This document shows, piece after piece, positions 32,710 through 44,889 of a DNA stretch of 62,000 nt. This DNA comes from Hyalangium minutum (GTDB lineage: Bacteria; Myxococcota; Myxococcia; Myxococcales; Myxococcaceae). The translations under genes and the position numbers were made by a program. The stretch lies in the NCBI RefSeq assembly GCF_000737315.1, contig NZ_JMCB01000006.1, positions 206,001 to 268,000 on the forward strand, in the 5' to 3' direction. Within the stretch, counting starts at the first letter, position 1. Every line of letters begins with the position of its first letter. Under the pieces are notes generated by a model that was not told the DNA's origin, did not search any database, and saw only the letters and a program-made list of their open reading frames with translations.

Positions 32710-33324
32710 TCAGACGTCGAAGAAGTCCACTTCGCCGCTCTCCAGGCTGTACTCGGCGCCCACCACGCGCAGGCCCTGCTCCAGCACCAGGCGCTCCAGC
32801 AGCGCCGAGCCGTGCTTGAGGTGGCTCACCGAGGCGCGGACGTTGGCGCGCACCGCCTCGTGGATCAGCCGCGGCCGGTCCTTGGCCAGCTCCGTGTGCA
32901 CCAGCGCCTCGATGGCGGGCCGCACCCGGCTCACGATGGAGAGCAGGTTGGGCGAGCGCGGCACGTCCGGCTTCTCGATGACTTCGAGCGTCGTATCGAT
33001 GGCGCCACAGAACGTGTGGCCCATCACCACCACGAGCCGGGTGCCGAAGGCCTCGGCGGCGAACTCGACGCTGCCCACCTGCGAGGGCGCGACGATGTTG
33101 CCCGCCACGCGGATGACGAACAGGTCTCCAAGCCCCTGATCAAAGACGATCTCCGCGGGCACCCGCGAGTCCGAGCACCCGAGCACGATGGCGAAGGGCT
33201 TCTGGCCTTGCACCAGCTCGTCCCGCCGGAGCTGGCTCATCATGGCCTCGGTGCTGCGGAGGTGGTTGACGAACCTCCGGTTGCCGTCCTTCAGCCGCTG
33301 CAGCGCCTCCTGGGGATCCACCAT
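32710..33324 (-). CDS. Beta-class carbonic anhydrase
   Basis: LGCSDSRVP, FVIRVAGN, GHTFCGA zinc ligands. Confidence 0.95.
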   Translation of the reverse strand: MVDPQEALQRLKDGNRRFVNHLRSTEAMMSQLRRDELVQGQKPFAIVLGCSDSRVPAEIVFDQGLGDLFVIRVAGNIVAPSQVGSVEFAAEAFGTRLVVVMGHTFCGAIDTTLEVIEKPDVPRSPNLLSIVSRVRPAIEALVHTELAKDRPRLIHEAVRANVRASVSHLKHGSALLERLVLEQGLRVVGAEYSLESGEVDFFDV

Positions 33325-33500
33325 GCCGACTCCTCTACCCCAGGGCCCCGCCCTGCCGCGAGGAGAACCGCGCCCCCGTTTGTGTCGCCCCCGGGACGGG
33401 ACACGGGCCTCGCTGTCCCCACGGGCTCGGGGTAGCCTGCGCCCCCTTCATCCCTCAGCCGCCGGCCGTGGCAGCGCGGACCGGCGCAGGAGCCCGCCGC

Positions 33501-35315
33501 ATGTCGTCCCCGAACCACTACAAGCCCAACCTGCGCGACCTGTACTTCAACCTCTTTGAGTTCCTCGACATCGGCCGCACCTCGCTGGGCAAGGGTCCCT
33601 TCGGCGACATCGACGAGACGGCGGCGCGGCAGACGCTGGAGACATTCGCGCAGGTGTGCGTGAACGAGGTCGCCCCCAGCTTCGCCGAGTCCGAGCACGC
33701 GCCGCCCGTGCTGGAGAACGGCGAGGTGAAGCTGCCGCCGCTGCTCAAGAAGGCCATCTCCGCCTACTACGACGCGGGGATGAACCAGCTGGAGCTGCCT
33801 CCTCACATGGGAGGCCTGGGCGCGCCGCCGTCGCTGGCCTGGGGCGCCTTCGAGCTGCTGGTGGGCGCCAGCGCGCCGGTGGCCTTCTACACGCTGGGCA
33901 CGCTCGTCTCGCGCGTCATCGACCGGCTGGGCACCGAGGCCCAGAAGAAGCGCTTCCTGCCCGCCATCACCGAGCAGCGGTGGATTGGCACCATGGTGCT
34001 CACCGAGCCGGACGCCGGCAGCGACGTGGGCGCCGCGCGCGCCAAGGCGCGGCACGTGGGCGGGGACGTGTGGGAGATTGAAGGCGTCAAGCGCTTCATC
34101 ACCAGCGCGGAGCATGACGCCTCCGAGAATATCATCCACATGGTGTTGGCGCGGCCCGAGGGCGCGGGGCCGGGCACCAAGGGCCTGTCGCTGTTCATCG
34201 TCCCGAAGTTCTGGGTGGAGGAGGACGGCAAGCTGGGCGAGCGCAACGGGGTGGTGTGCACCAAGCTCGAGAAGAAGATGGGCCTCAAGGGCTCCGTCAC
34301 CTGCGAGCTGACGTTCGGGGACGGCAAGCCGGCGCGCGGCCTGCTGCTCGGCGAGGTGCACGAGGGCATCCGGCAGATGTTCCACATCATCGAGCAGGCG
34401 CGCATGGCGGTGGGCATGAAGTCCATGGCCACGCTGTCCACCGCGTACCTGAACGCGCTGGAGTTCACCCAGGACCGCAAGCAGGGCTCGGACCTGCTCG
34501 CCGCGCGCGACAAGACGGCCCCGCGCGTGGCCATCATCCGCCACCCGGACGTGCGCCGCATGCTGATGGCGCAGAAGGCCCACGCCGAGGGCATGCGCGC
34601 CCTGGCCCTCTTCACCGCCTCCATCCAGGACCAGGTGGAGATCAAGGGCGGCCACCGCGCGCTGGAGGCCGCGGAGCTGGACGCGCTCAACGACTTGCTG
34701 CTGCCGCTGGTGAAGGGCTACTGCTCGGAGAAGGCGTACGAGCTGCTGGCGGTGTCGCTGCAGTGCTTCGGCGGCTCGGGGTACCTGGCGGACTACCCGG
34801 TGGAGCAGTACATCCGCGACCAGAAGATCGACACGCTCTACGAGGGCACCACGCACATCCAGGCGCTGGACCTCATCATGCGCAAGCTGGCGCGCGACGG
34901 CGGGGCCACCTTCCAGGGGCTGCTGGGGCAGATCCGGCAGACGGCCGAGTCGGACCTGGGTGGCAAGGAGCTGGAGACGGAGCGCAAGGCGCTGGGCGAG
35001 GCGCTGGGCGCGCTGGAGACGATGCTCGGCGCGCTCATGGGCAAGCTGGGCGAGTCGCTCTACCACGTGGGCCTGCAGGGCAACCGGGTGCTGGCCTCGG
35101 TGGCGGAAGTGGTGATCGGCTGGCTGCTGGTGCGCCACGCGGCGGTGGCGCTGGAGCGCACCAAGGTGAACCCGGGCGACAAGGCCTTCTACGCGGGCAA
35201 GCTCGCCTCGGCGCGCTGGTTCTGCAAGGAGGTGCTGCCGAACATCGCGCACCATGCGCGTATGGTGGAGCAGGGCAGCCTGGACCTGATGGAAGTGCCC
35301 GACGAGGCCTTCTAG
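33501..35315 (+). CDS. Acyl-CoA dehydrogenase (long form with C-terminal extension)
   Basis: TMVLTEPDAGSDVG, GVKRFIT, KMGLKGS, QCFGGSGY, LYEGTTHIQ. Confidence 0.95.
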   Translation: MSSPNHYKPNLRDLYFNLFEFLDIGRTSLGKGPFGDIDETAARQTLETFAQVCVNEVAPSFAESEHAPPVLENGEVKLPPLLKKAISAYYDAGMNQLELPPHMGGLGAPPSLAWGAFELLVGASAPVAFYTLGTLVSRVIDRLGTEAQKKRFLPAITEQRWIGTMVLTEPDAGSDVGAARAKARHVGGDVWEIEGVKRFITSAEHDASENIIHMVLARPEGAGPGTKGLSLFIVPKFWVEEDGKLGERNGVVCTKLEKKMGLKGSVTCELTFGDGKPARGLLLGEVHEGIRQMFHIIEQARMAVGMKSMATLSTAYLNALEFTQDRKQGSDLLAARDKTAPRVAIIRHPDVRRMLMAQKAHAEGMRALALFTASIQDQVEIKGGHRALEAAELDALNDLLLPLVKGYCSEKAYELLAVSLQCFGGSGYLADYPVEQYIRDQKIDTLYEGTTHIQALDLIMRKLARDGGATFQGLLGQIRQTAESDLGGKELETERKALGEALGALETMLGALMGKLGESLYHVGLQGNRVLASVAEVVIGWLLVRHAAVALERTKVNPGDKAFYAGKLASARWFCKEVLPNIAHHARMVEQGSLDLMEVPDEAF

Positions 35316-35421
35316 AGGAATTCCGCGGGGTTGGCGGCGGGCACGTCCCTCAGTGAACATTGACTTGCCCGTCAGTACGACGGTAGAGCCTCCTGCCCGG
35401 AACGCCTGATCGGGAGGATCG

Positions 35422-36471
35422 ATGTCGTCGAGGACAGCCCCAACAGACTACGAGGTCGTGCAGAACGCCGAGCCGCACCCGGCTCGCACGGCCGCCATCC
35501 TCAGAGCCCACCCGGAGGTGCGCAAGCTGTTCGGGCGCACCCCGGCCACCGCGCTGTTCGTGCCCATCATCCTGGTGATGCAGTTCGGCACGGCGTGGAT
35601 GGTGAAGGACCAGCCGTGGTGGGTCATCGTCCTGGCGGCGTACACGCTGGGCGCCATCGTCAACAACACCTGCTACGTCATCATCCACGAGGCCACGCAC
35701 AGCCTCATCTTCAAGGGCCGCATGGGCAACCTGCTGGCGGCCATCGGGGCGGATCTGGTGCACGTCATCCCCTCGGCGGTGACGTTCACGCGCTTCCACC
35801 TGGTGCACCACCGGCACCAGGGCGAGTTCGACCTGGACGCGGACCTGCCCTCGCACGCCGAGGCGAAGCTGGTGGGCAACAGCACCCTCATGAAGGCGCT
35901 GTGGGTCACCTTCTTCCCGCTGATGCAGGCGCTGCGCATGCCGCGCTTCTCCAAGCTGGTCAGCTTCTGGGAGCCGTGGACGGTGGTGAACGCGCTGGCG
36001 GTGTTCGCGGTGGACGCGGCCGTGTTGTTCCTGATGGGGCCCTGGGCGTTCCTCTACATCGTCCTGAGCATCTTCTTCTCCATCGGCCTGCACCCGCTGG
36101 GCGGCCGGCTCATCCAGGAGCACTTCATCGTGGCCCACCCGCAGGAGACGTACTCCTACTATGGGCCGTGGAACCTCACCGCGCTGAACGTGGGCTACCA
36201 CAACGAGCACCATGACTTCTCCGCGGTGCCGTGGAACAAGCTGCCGCAGGTGCGCGCGCTGGCGCCCGAGCACTACGACACGCTGGTGTGGCACCGCTCG
36301 TGGACGGGGCTGCTGGTGAAGTTCATCTTTGATCCGTCGCTGAGCCTCTACAGCCGCATCACCCGCCCCGGTCCGCAGAAGCGCAAGGTGCTCACGGGCG
36401 GCGTGGGCCGCGTGCCGGACTCGGTGGAGTCGCTGCAGAAGCCGCCTTCCGCCGTCGACTCGGCCGCCTGA
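35422..36471 (+). CDS. Sphingolipid delta-4 desaturase/C4-hydroxylase (DEGS-like) fatty acid desaturase
   Basis: N-terminal EPHPARTAAILRAHPEVRKLFG resembles Lipid_DES; His boxes HEATH, HLVHH, HNEHH; LHPLGGRLIQEH, ETYSYYG. Confidence 0.85.
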   Translation: MSSRTAPTDYEVVQNAEPHPARTAAILRAHPEVRKLFGRTPATALFVPIILVMQFGTAWMVKDQPWWVIVLAAYTLGAIVNNTCYVIIHEATHSLIFKGRMGNLLAAIGADLVHVIPSAVTFTRFHLVHHRHQGEFDLDADLPSHAEAKLVGNSTLMKALWVTFFPLMQALRMPRFSKLVSFWEPWTVVNALAVFAVDAAVLFLMGPWAFLYIVLSIFFSIGLHPLGGRLIQEHFIVAHPQETYSYYGPWNLTALNVGYHNEHHDFSAVPWNKLPQVRALAPEHYDTLVWHRSWTGLLVKFIFDPSLSLYSRITRPGPQKRKVLTGGVGRVPDSVESLQKPPSAVDSAA

Positions 36472-36516
36472 GTGCTGCGATAGTCTCGCGCCTCAACACC
36501 ACTGGAGAGGAACTCG

Positions 36517-36927
36517 ATGGGTCTTGCAGAGAAGCGCGCAGTGGCGGCTTACCAGAAGGACAAGTGGCCGACGTGGCAGCAGAAGCTGAACGCCATCACT
36601 GGCTTTGAGCCCACCTACGAGATCGCGTGGGATCAGCTGGCCAAGGAGGGCTACTCGGCCGAGTACCCCACCATGTTCGACTACAACTTCTTCGAGCCCT
36701 TGGAGATCGCGCTGAAGTCGATCTGCCAGGACGACCTGGGCAAGGACGCCCTCAAGGAGAAGATCAAGAAGGTCTCCATCACCAGCACCCGGAGCTGGTG
36801 CTCGCTGGAGGTCAAGATCGAGGGCGACACGCTCAAGCTCGACGCGGATCCTTCCTATGAGCGCTCGAACGGGAGCGTGACCTCCTACGCGGACAAGATG
36901 CGCCTGGCGCTCGAGGCCGCGCTGTAG
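36517..36927 (+). CDS. Hypothetical protein
   Basis: GAGAGG RBS, codon usage like neighbouring genes; no recognised motif. Confidence 0.7.
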   Translation: MGLAEKRAVAAYQKDKWPTWQQKLNAITGFEPTYEIAWDQLAKEGYSAEYPTMFDYNFFEPLEIALKSICQDDLGKDALKEKIKKVSITSTRSWCSLEVKIEGDTLKLDADPSYERSNGSVTSYADKMRLALEAAL

Positions 36928-36935
36928 CTCCGGAC

Positions 36936-37349
36936 TCAGCCCCGGTTCGGCTCTTGGGAGACCGGGAGCCGGACCATGCGGTCCATCAAGTGCTCAAGGG
37001 CCTTCGCTGGGTCCTCGCACAGCCCCGAGTGGAACGGGGACGTCTGAATCACGGTGCTGCGCGGCGCGATGAGCCAGTGCCACCGCTCCTTCTGAGGCAG
37101 CTGCCCAATGGGCCCCGCGGTCCGGCCTCCCGCGCAGATGCGGGGAATGGCCTCCAGGTGGGCTCTCACGCCTTCCACATCCACCTCGGGCGCGAGCGCG
37201 AGAAGGCGCCGCTCGTCCAGCTCCACCTGGGCTCCGAGGAAGCGGTGGGTGAGGCAGTAGAGGATGACGCCCGCGTTGATGAACTCGCCGCGCTCCACGC
37301 GCGGCACGACGCGGATGATGGCGTAATCAAAAGAGCTGGGCGCGGGCAC
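36936..37349 (-). CDS. DUF3037 domain protein
   Basis: FDYAIIRVVPRVERGEFINAGVIL...RWHWLIAPRSTVIQTSP.H.G. Confidence 0.85.
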   Translation of the reverse strand: MPAPSSFDYAIIRVVPRVERGEFINAGVILYCLTHRFLGAQVELDERRLLALAPEVDVEGVRAHLEAIPRICAGGRTAGPIGQLPQKERWHWLIAPRSTVIQTSPFHSGLCEDPAKALEHLMDRMVRLPVSQEPNRG

Positions 37350-38106
37350 GCTCCGCCTCCTCGATGAACTTCGGGGCCGCCTCGAGCCGCCCGCGCAGCC
37401 ACGCCAGGTACGCCTCGCGGTGGGCCTGCGGGGTGGAGAAGGCCTCCTCGTTGCCCAGCCACGCGTCGGGGATGAGCGCCACCGTGCGCTCCAGCACCTC
37501 GGGCGTCAGCCGGGTGCGCAGCGTGGCCTCCGTCGCGCGCAGCGCCGTGGCCCAGCGCAGCAGCACATGGTCCTTGATGGGAGCGAAGGCCGTCCCCGCG
37601 CGCTCCAGGTACCCGTCCCACGAGTGGTGGAAGTACATGGACGCGCCGTGGTCGATGAGCCAGAGCGCCTTGTGCCAGTGCAGCATGTTGGGGTTCTTCG
37701 GGGTCCGGTCCACGTTCGTCACGTAGGCATCGAAGCAGACGATCTCCGAGGCCTCCTGAGCGGAGGGCGGCGGGCCGGCGACCGGGTCGAACGTGATGGA
37801 GCCCGGCAGGTAGTCCATCGCCAGGTTCAGCCCTCCGCTGGCCTTGATGAGGTCACGGATCTCTCCGTCCGGCTCGGCGCGGCCCAGCACGGGGTCCAGG
37901 TGCATGAACACAAGCTCCGGGACGCGCAGGCCCATGGCACGGGCCAGTTCGCCCGCCACCAGCTCGGCGATGAGCACCTTGAGCCCCTGCCCCGCGCCTC
38001 GGAACTTCAGCACGTACAGCCCGGAGTCCTCCGCTTCGACGATGGCGGGCATCGAGCCCCCCTCGCGCAGCGGCGTCACGTACCTGGTCGCCGTCACCGT
38101 CCTCAT
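37327..38106 (-). CDS. HipA-like kinase
   Basis: RYVTPLREGGSMP, YVLKFRG, FDAYVTNVDRTPKNPN, WLIDHGA. Confidence 0.85.
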   Translation of the reverse strand: MRTVTATRYVTPLREGGSMPAIVEAEDSGLYVLKFRGAGQGLKVLIAELVAGELARAMGLRVPELVFMHLDPVLGRAEPDGEIRDLIKASGGLNLAMDYLPGSITFDPVAGPPPSAQEASEIVCFDAYVTNVDRTPKNPNMLHWHKALWLIDHGASMYFHHSWDGYLERAGTAFAPIKDHVLLRWATALRATEATLRTRLTPEVLERTVALIPDAWLGNEEAFSTPQAHREAYLAWLRGRLEAAPKFIEEAERARAQLF

Positions 38107-38199
38107 GGTCCCGCACTTATCACGGCACCGCGCGTGCACCTTGAGTCCTGAAACTGGAAACAAGTAAGACGCGCTGAACCTGAATAATCGGAGGCGCCC

Positions 38200-39402
38200 A
38201 TGCGGATGCCCAGGACGGCGGTACTGGCGTTGCTCGTCACCCTCGCGTTCACCCCCGCGGCCCTGGCGGGCCAGAGCGCCTCGAAGCGCTGGGCGGCGAG
38301 CCGCGGCGACTTCACCGCGTGGCAGCTCAGCGGCGCGAGCCGTGCGGCGGATGGCTCGCTGCAGTTGCTGCCGGGCCAGTCGTGGGCGGGGACGGATCCG
38401 TATGGGCCCGGCGGCTTCGCGGGCGGCACGTACTACAACGGCGGCTCGTTCGTGCAGGGCGAGGTGACCAGCCCCATCGTCACGCCGTCCTTCGGCTTCC
38501 GGCAGGCCATTGCCTCGTGGGAGGCGCGCACGCCTCCGGGCACCTGGGTGGAGAGCTTCATCCGCGTGCAGGTGTCTGGCACCTGGACGAAGTGGTACAG
38601 CCTGGGCGTGTGGGCGGCGGATGGCTCGGCGGTGCAGCGGCACTCGGCCACCTCGCAGTCGGACAGCGTGGCGTACGTGGCCACGGACACACTTGTCGTC
38701 ACGGCGAAGAAGGCCTCGGCCACGGCGTGGCAGGTGAAGGTGCGGCTCTTCAGCGCCGATGGTGTGGCGACGCCGAGCCTGGATGCCAGCGCTGTGACGG
38801 TGTCTCTGGCGCCAGACCGGCCCTCCTCGTTCCCTCCGGGCAGCTCCACGCGCTGGAACACGGTGCTCGCGGTGCCACAGTGCTCGCAGATGGTGTACCC
38901 GGACGGCGGCGAGGTCTGGTGCAGCCCCACGTCCACGGCCATGGTGCTGCGATACTGGGTCGGCGAGTCCACGACCACCTGCGAGCCGCACGTGCGCGCG
39001 GCCGTGAGCGGCGTCCATGACTGGTACTACGACGGGCACGGCAACTGGCCGTTCAACACGGCGTATGCGGCGGCCCAGGGGCTCCAGGCGCATGTGTCTC
39101 GCTTCACGAGCTTCTCGCAGCTGGAGCCGTGGATCTCCGCGGGCGTCCCCGCCATCCTCAGCGTTGCCTGGCGCAGCGGTGAGCTGACGGGCGCGCCCAT
39201 CTCCTCCACGGCGGGTCACCTCATCGTGCTCGTGGGCTTCGATGCGGCGGGCAACCCCGTGGTGAATGATCCGGCGGGCGCCAGCAACACCGCCGTGCGC
39301 CGGACGTACCTGCGCTCGCAGCTAGAGCCGCTGTGGCAGAACGCTTCGGCGGGCACCGCGTATCTCATCTATCCCCAGGGCTGGACGGTGCCCGCCCTGT
39401 GA
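38200..39402 (+). CDS. Secreted peptidase C39-like protein
   Basis: Signal peptide; WCSPTSTAMVL (Cys), GHLIVLVGFD (His), VNDPA (Asp). Confidence 0.85.
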   Translation: MRMPRTAVLALLVTLAFTPAALAGQSASKRWAASRGDFTAWQLSGASRAADGSLQLLPGQSWAGTDPYGPGGFAGGTYYNGGSFVQGEVTSPIVTPSFGFRQAIASWEARTPPGTWVESFIRVQVSGTWTKWYSLGVWAADGSAVQRHSATSQSDSVAYVATDTLVVTAKKASATAWQVKVRLFSADGVATPSLDASAVTVSLAPDRPSSFPPGSSTRWNTVLAVPQCSQMVYPDGGEVWCSPTSTAMVLRYWVGESTTTCEPHVRAAVSGVHDWYYDGHGNWPFNTAYAAAQGLQAHVSRFTSFSQLEPWISAGVPAILSVAWRSGELTGAPISSTAGHLIVLVGFDAAGNPVVNDPAGASNTAVRRTYLRSQLEPLWQNASAGTAYLIYPQGWTVPAL

Positions 39403-39872
39403 GCGGTGCGTCCCACACCTTCTCGTTCGCCTCGATCCTGGCAGCGCCTCCCGAGAAGGTGTGGGCTCGCGTGAGCACCTTGTCGGGCGTGAACGCGGAG
39501 ATGGCGCCCTGGTTCCGGATGACCGGGCCCCAGGGCGTCGATCACCTCGAGCCCGGGCAGCTCGCGCTGGGCCAGCGGCTCTTCCGGTCGTGGCTGCTGC
39601 TCTTCGGGGTGCTGCCGCTGGACTACGACGACCTCACCTTCGTGCGGTTCGAGCCGGGCAAGGGCTTCCTGGAGCGCTCGCGGATGATCTCCGCGAAGGT
39701 GTGGGAGCACGAGCGAACACTTGAGCCCCACCCCGAGGGCACGCTGCTCACCGATCGCATCCGCTTCGAGCCGCGCCTGCCCCTGCCCGGGCTCCGAGGG
39801 CTGTACAGCAGCGTGTTCCGCCACCGCCACGCGCAGCTGCGGCGGCACTTCGGCGGGCGGCTCGCGAGCTGA
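39399..39872 (+). CDS. SRPBCC/START-like ligand-binding protein
   Basis: GTGA overlap with upstream stop; LAAPPEKVWA, WEHERTL, LLTDRIRF, FRHRH. Confidence 0.7.
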   Translation: MSGASHTFSFASILAAPPEKVWARVSTLSGVNAEMAPWFRMTGPQGVDHLEPGQLALGQRLFRSWLLLFGVLPLDYDDLTFVRFEPGKGFLERSRMISAKVWEHERTLEPHPEGTLLTDRIRFEPRLPLPGLRGLYSSVFRHRHAQLRRHFGGRLAS

Positions 39873-40056
39873 GGGTTCGGAGCCCCGCTCTTACTGAAAG
39901 ACAGGCACACTGCGGGTACGCCCGGTCCTCACGGCGCAGAGCGCCATGCTTCCGCTCGTGCTGGACAGCCGCGAGTGAAGCAGGCACCGTGCCCGCCCTC
40001 GCGCCGTGCTGCCGTGGCGCGAGGGACACCCCTGTCACTTCGACTCGGAGGAAGCC

Positions 40057-42117
<2,061 letters not shown>

Positions 42118-42121
42118 TCCC

Positions 42122-43514
42122 GTGTCACGCCTGCTTTCTCTGGCATTGCTGATGCTGCTGTCCACCGCGCTGGTGGGCGGCAGTTGTGACGAGCCGGAGG
42201 CGGTGGGCCTCGAAGAGCTGCAGCGGGACGTTCCTCCGCCCTTCGATTACGCGCTGTACTGCGACGTCCACGGGAAGCTCGTGGGCGATCGCTCCGCTGT
42301 GCTGCTCGTGCACCGCGCCGAACACCTCGAGCGTGTGTATGCCGACGCACAGGCGGGAGACCGTCGCGCCCAGGCCCTCTTCCGCCAGCTGGAGGCCGTC
42401 CTCCAGCGCACCGGAGCGGAGCTGGCGGACCGTTCGCTGGGATTCACCTGTAACTCCCTGCCAGCCTGCGTGGTGGCCTGGCACCAGCTGGACGCGTTCA
42501 TGCCTTCGCGCGGCGCGGGAGGCATGCGCCTGCGGCAGGTGATGGCGGACAGCTTTGTTTGCGCGCGAGGCCAAGCTCAAGCACGTGCGCAACACCGTCA
42601 TCTCCGCGGCGCTCGACGTGCTGCTGGTGGGCACGGTGCTCAAAACGGGCGCTACGGGTACGGCTGGGGTGGCGGCGGGCACGGCAGAAGCCTCGGCAGG
42701 CACCGTGGAGGCGGGGAGACTGGCGCTGGCTGGGGTGGAGACACGTCTGGCGGAGGAGGAGCTGCCAGCGCTGGAAGCCCGGATGGTCGAGGCCGAGGCG
42801 CTGGAGGTGGGCCCTCGATACCCCGCCCGCCTGGAAGCATTGACACGCTACCGGCCTTCGGGCGCCCAGCCACCCTCGGGAGTGGAAGCCGACCATCCCC
42901 GGTGGACCAGCTACGTGGCCTACTGGGAGCGGCGCTACGAGGAGCTCGCGGGCACCCGACCTCTGTCACAGGGGCAAGTTGCGGTGAAGCCTCCTCTGAC
43001 GTGGGACGCCTATTCGTCCCTACTCGGAAGGTTCCAACGCTCGCTGGAGTTTCAGCGCAGCGCGTCGCGCATGCTTCAGCAGGCTCGCGAACCTGGCAGC
43101 CCTCGGGAGTGGGTGCCCGACATGAAGCAGCCGCTGGCCGCAGAGAACACGGGCCTGAAGCATGAAGGCAGCGACCTTGTCACCTACGCGGATGCTCTGG
43201 TCGTGGACGACGCCTCACTAGGCTCGGGCACTCGGCCGAATGTTCAAACCTTCAGCATGAAGCAGCGCGACTTCGCCGCCATGAGCGAAGGCGACGCCTT
43301 CAAGCAAGCACAGATTGATGCCTTTGAAGCACAGACGAAAGACGGGGGAACCGTCGAAGTGCGCAGGCGTGGCCATCCTCTCTTCGGAAAGAAAGTGGTC
43401 GTGACCCGAGTGCACCTCGTTTATGACGGGAAGGATCTCTCGCTCTCCATCAAGAACGCCCTCTTGAGAGGAGCGCGCAGCCAAAAGGTTGAACTCCACC
43501 TCCATGTCCCCTGA
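42122..43514 (+). pseudogene. Frameshifted toxin-like lipoprotein gene with putative C-terminal PD-(D/E)xK-type nuclease
   Basis: TTTG duplicated at 42554-42561; removing one copy fuses the 42122 and 42555 frames into a single 462-aa ORF (…ADSF-AREAKLK…); signal ending GGSC; YADALVVD…TFSMK. Confidence 0.65.
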
Positions 43515-44853
43515 AGAGTGGACCCAATCTGACGATTTCGTCCTTGAACTCATCTCGCCCATTGATCCGCTGTCGCGCGGCTTTGCGGGGCTCGAGCCCC
43601 TTCTGGACGTTATTGAATCGCTGGACGAAGCGCTTCGCCCGGACACGATGCACTTCATGCGCGGGCGCCGGACTCTGCAGTACTCGCGCCAGATGCTGCG
43701 CAAGCGGTTCCAAGACACTCACGGTATTGACACGGTCAACATCCTGTTTGGCCGTTCTCGGCCTCCTGAGATCATTCTCGACCTCATGGGCAGAACCAGC
43801 GAGGAGGAGGTCACCTGCAGCTTCCATCTGGTGGTGAAGCCTTTCTCCTTCGTCTGCGAGCCCAGCCGCGCAAATCATCATGCTGAGCATTTCGTCTCCC
43901 TCGTACGCGCTTTGGCTTCCTGCATGCCTCTGTTTCACGGCGTGGCTCACAGCCGCACCGATTTCTGGCTGAGCAGCGACCCTCGCGCGAAGAACCCCCT
44001 CGCTGCACCTCGTGTCCAAGAGGCCTTCTGGCTCAACGTCTATGGTCCCCAGATGGTGGAAGAGCTTGGCCGCGAGCGCGTGCTCTCCACGCCGTGCGCT
44101 CACATAGAGGAACTTCCCCACGGCGCCGTCCTCATGCTCACGCGCCCCACCCCTGTGGACTTCGCCTCGGAAGAGGCCCGGCTCGCCCAGGCCCGTGCCC
44201 TGGTCCACCTCCGCCCGGAGCTCTCGCTGGACTCCACCCTGGCTGCCCTCCGCCAGCGCTCCCTCGAGTTCACCCCCGTCCCCATCCACTTCGATCCAGA
44301 TGTGGCCGACATCCTGCTCAAGAAGATCCATTTCGAAGGCGTGGCCGGTGGAATGCGCAAGCACGTCGAGCACTTCAACCAGTACCACCCTCCTCCTGTC
44401 TCCGAGTGGATTCCCGCCTCCCAGGCCCCAGCGCCGGACGTGGACAACGTCCCCGCTGCCATCGAGCAATACGACGGCCTCTATGCCGAGCAGCTCATGG
44501 CCCTTTTCCACGAAAAGGTCCCCGAAGTGATGGACGTCTCCCAGGAGGCGCTTCCCCTCCTCGACTGGCACCTGTGGAACTCGCGCTGGGGTAAGGACAT
44601 CACCCATGAGCAGCGGGAGATTCTCGTCCCCGCCCTGGGCGGCTGGCTCGGCCGCTACTTGGTGAACTGGCTCGGCGGACGGTGGGTCCCTCGCCGCAAG
44701 TTGGAGGAAGCCGCCGTCATCGTCGGCGACAAGGCCTGGCTGCCCTTCCTCCGCGCGCGCCACGCCCTTAACGGGCTGGATGCTCCACTCGATTACTCCT
44801 GCACCCAGTTCTTCCGCGCGGCACAGCGCAGCGCTCACCCGCAGGCGCACTGA
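43504..44853 (+). CDS. Putative immunity protein
   Basis: Overlaps the toxin-like stop by 11 nt; FWLNVYG…LGRERVLSTP…EELPHGAVLML pattern recalled from myxobacterial immunity-type proteins. Confidence 0.6.
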   Translation: MSPEEWTQSDDFVLELISPIDPLSRGFAGLEPLLDVIESLDEALRPDTMHFMRGRRTLQYSRQMLRKRFQDTHGIDTVNILFGRSRPPEIILDLMGRTSEEEVTCSFHLVVKPFSFVCEPSRANHHAEHFVSLVRALASCMPLFHGVAHSRTDFWLSSDPRAKNPLAAPRVQEAFWLNVYGPQMVEELGRERVLSTPCAHIEELPHGAVLMLTRPTPVDFASEEARLAQARALVHLRPELSLDSTLAALRQRSLEFTPVPIHFDPDVADILLKKIHFEGVAGGMRKHVEHFNQYHPPPVSEWIPASQAPAPDVDNVPAAIEQYDGLYAEQLMALFHEKVPEVMDVSQEALPLLDWHLWNSRWGKDITHEQREILVPALGGWLGRYLVNWLGGRWVPRRKLEEAAVIVGDKAWLPFLRARHALNGLDAPLDYSCTQFFRAAQRSAHPQAH

Positions 44854-44889
44854 AGCACCTGCCTCCGTGAGCTCCTCCCGTGCTGGCGC

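Noticed and set aside
42122-43165. 347-aa ORF as a real protein
   Set aside because: After 42557 it becomes Gly/Arg-rich out-of-frame sequence; better explained by the 4-bp frameshift
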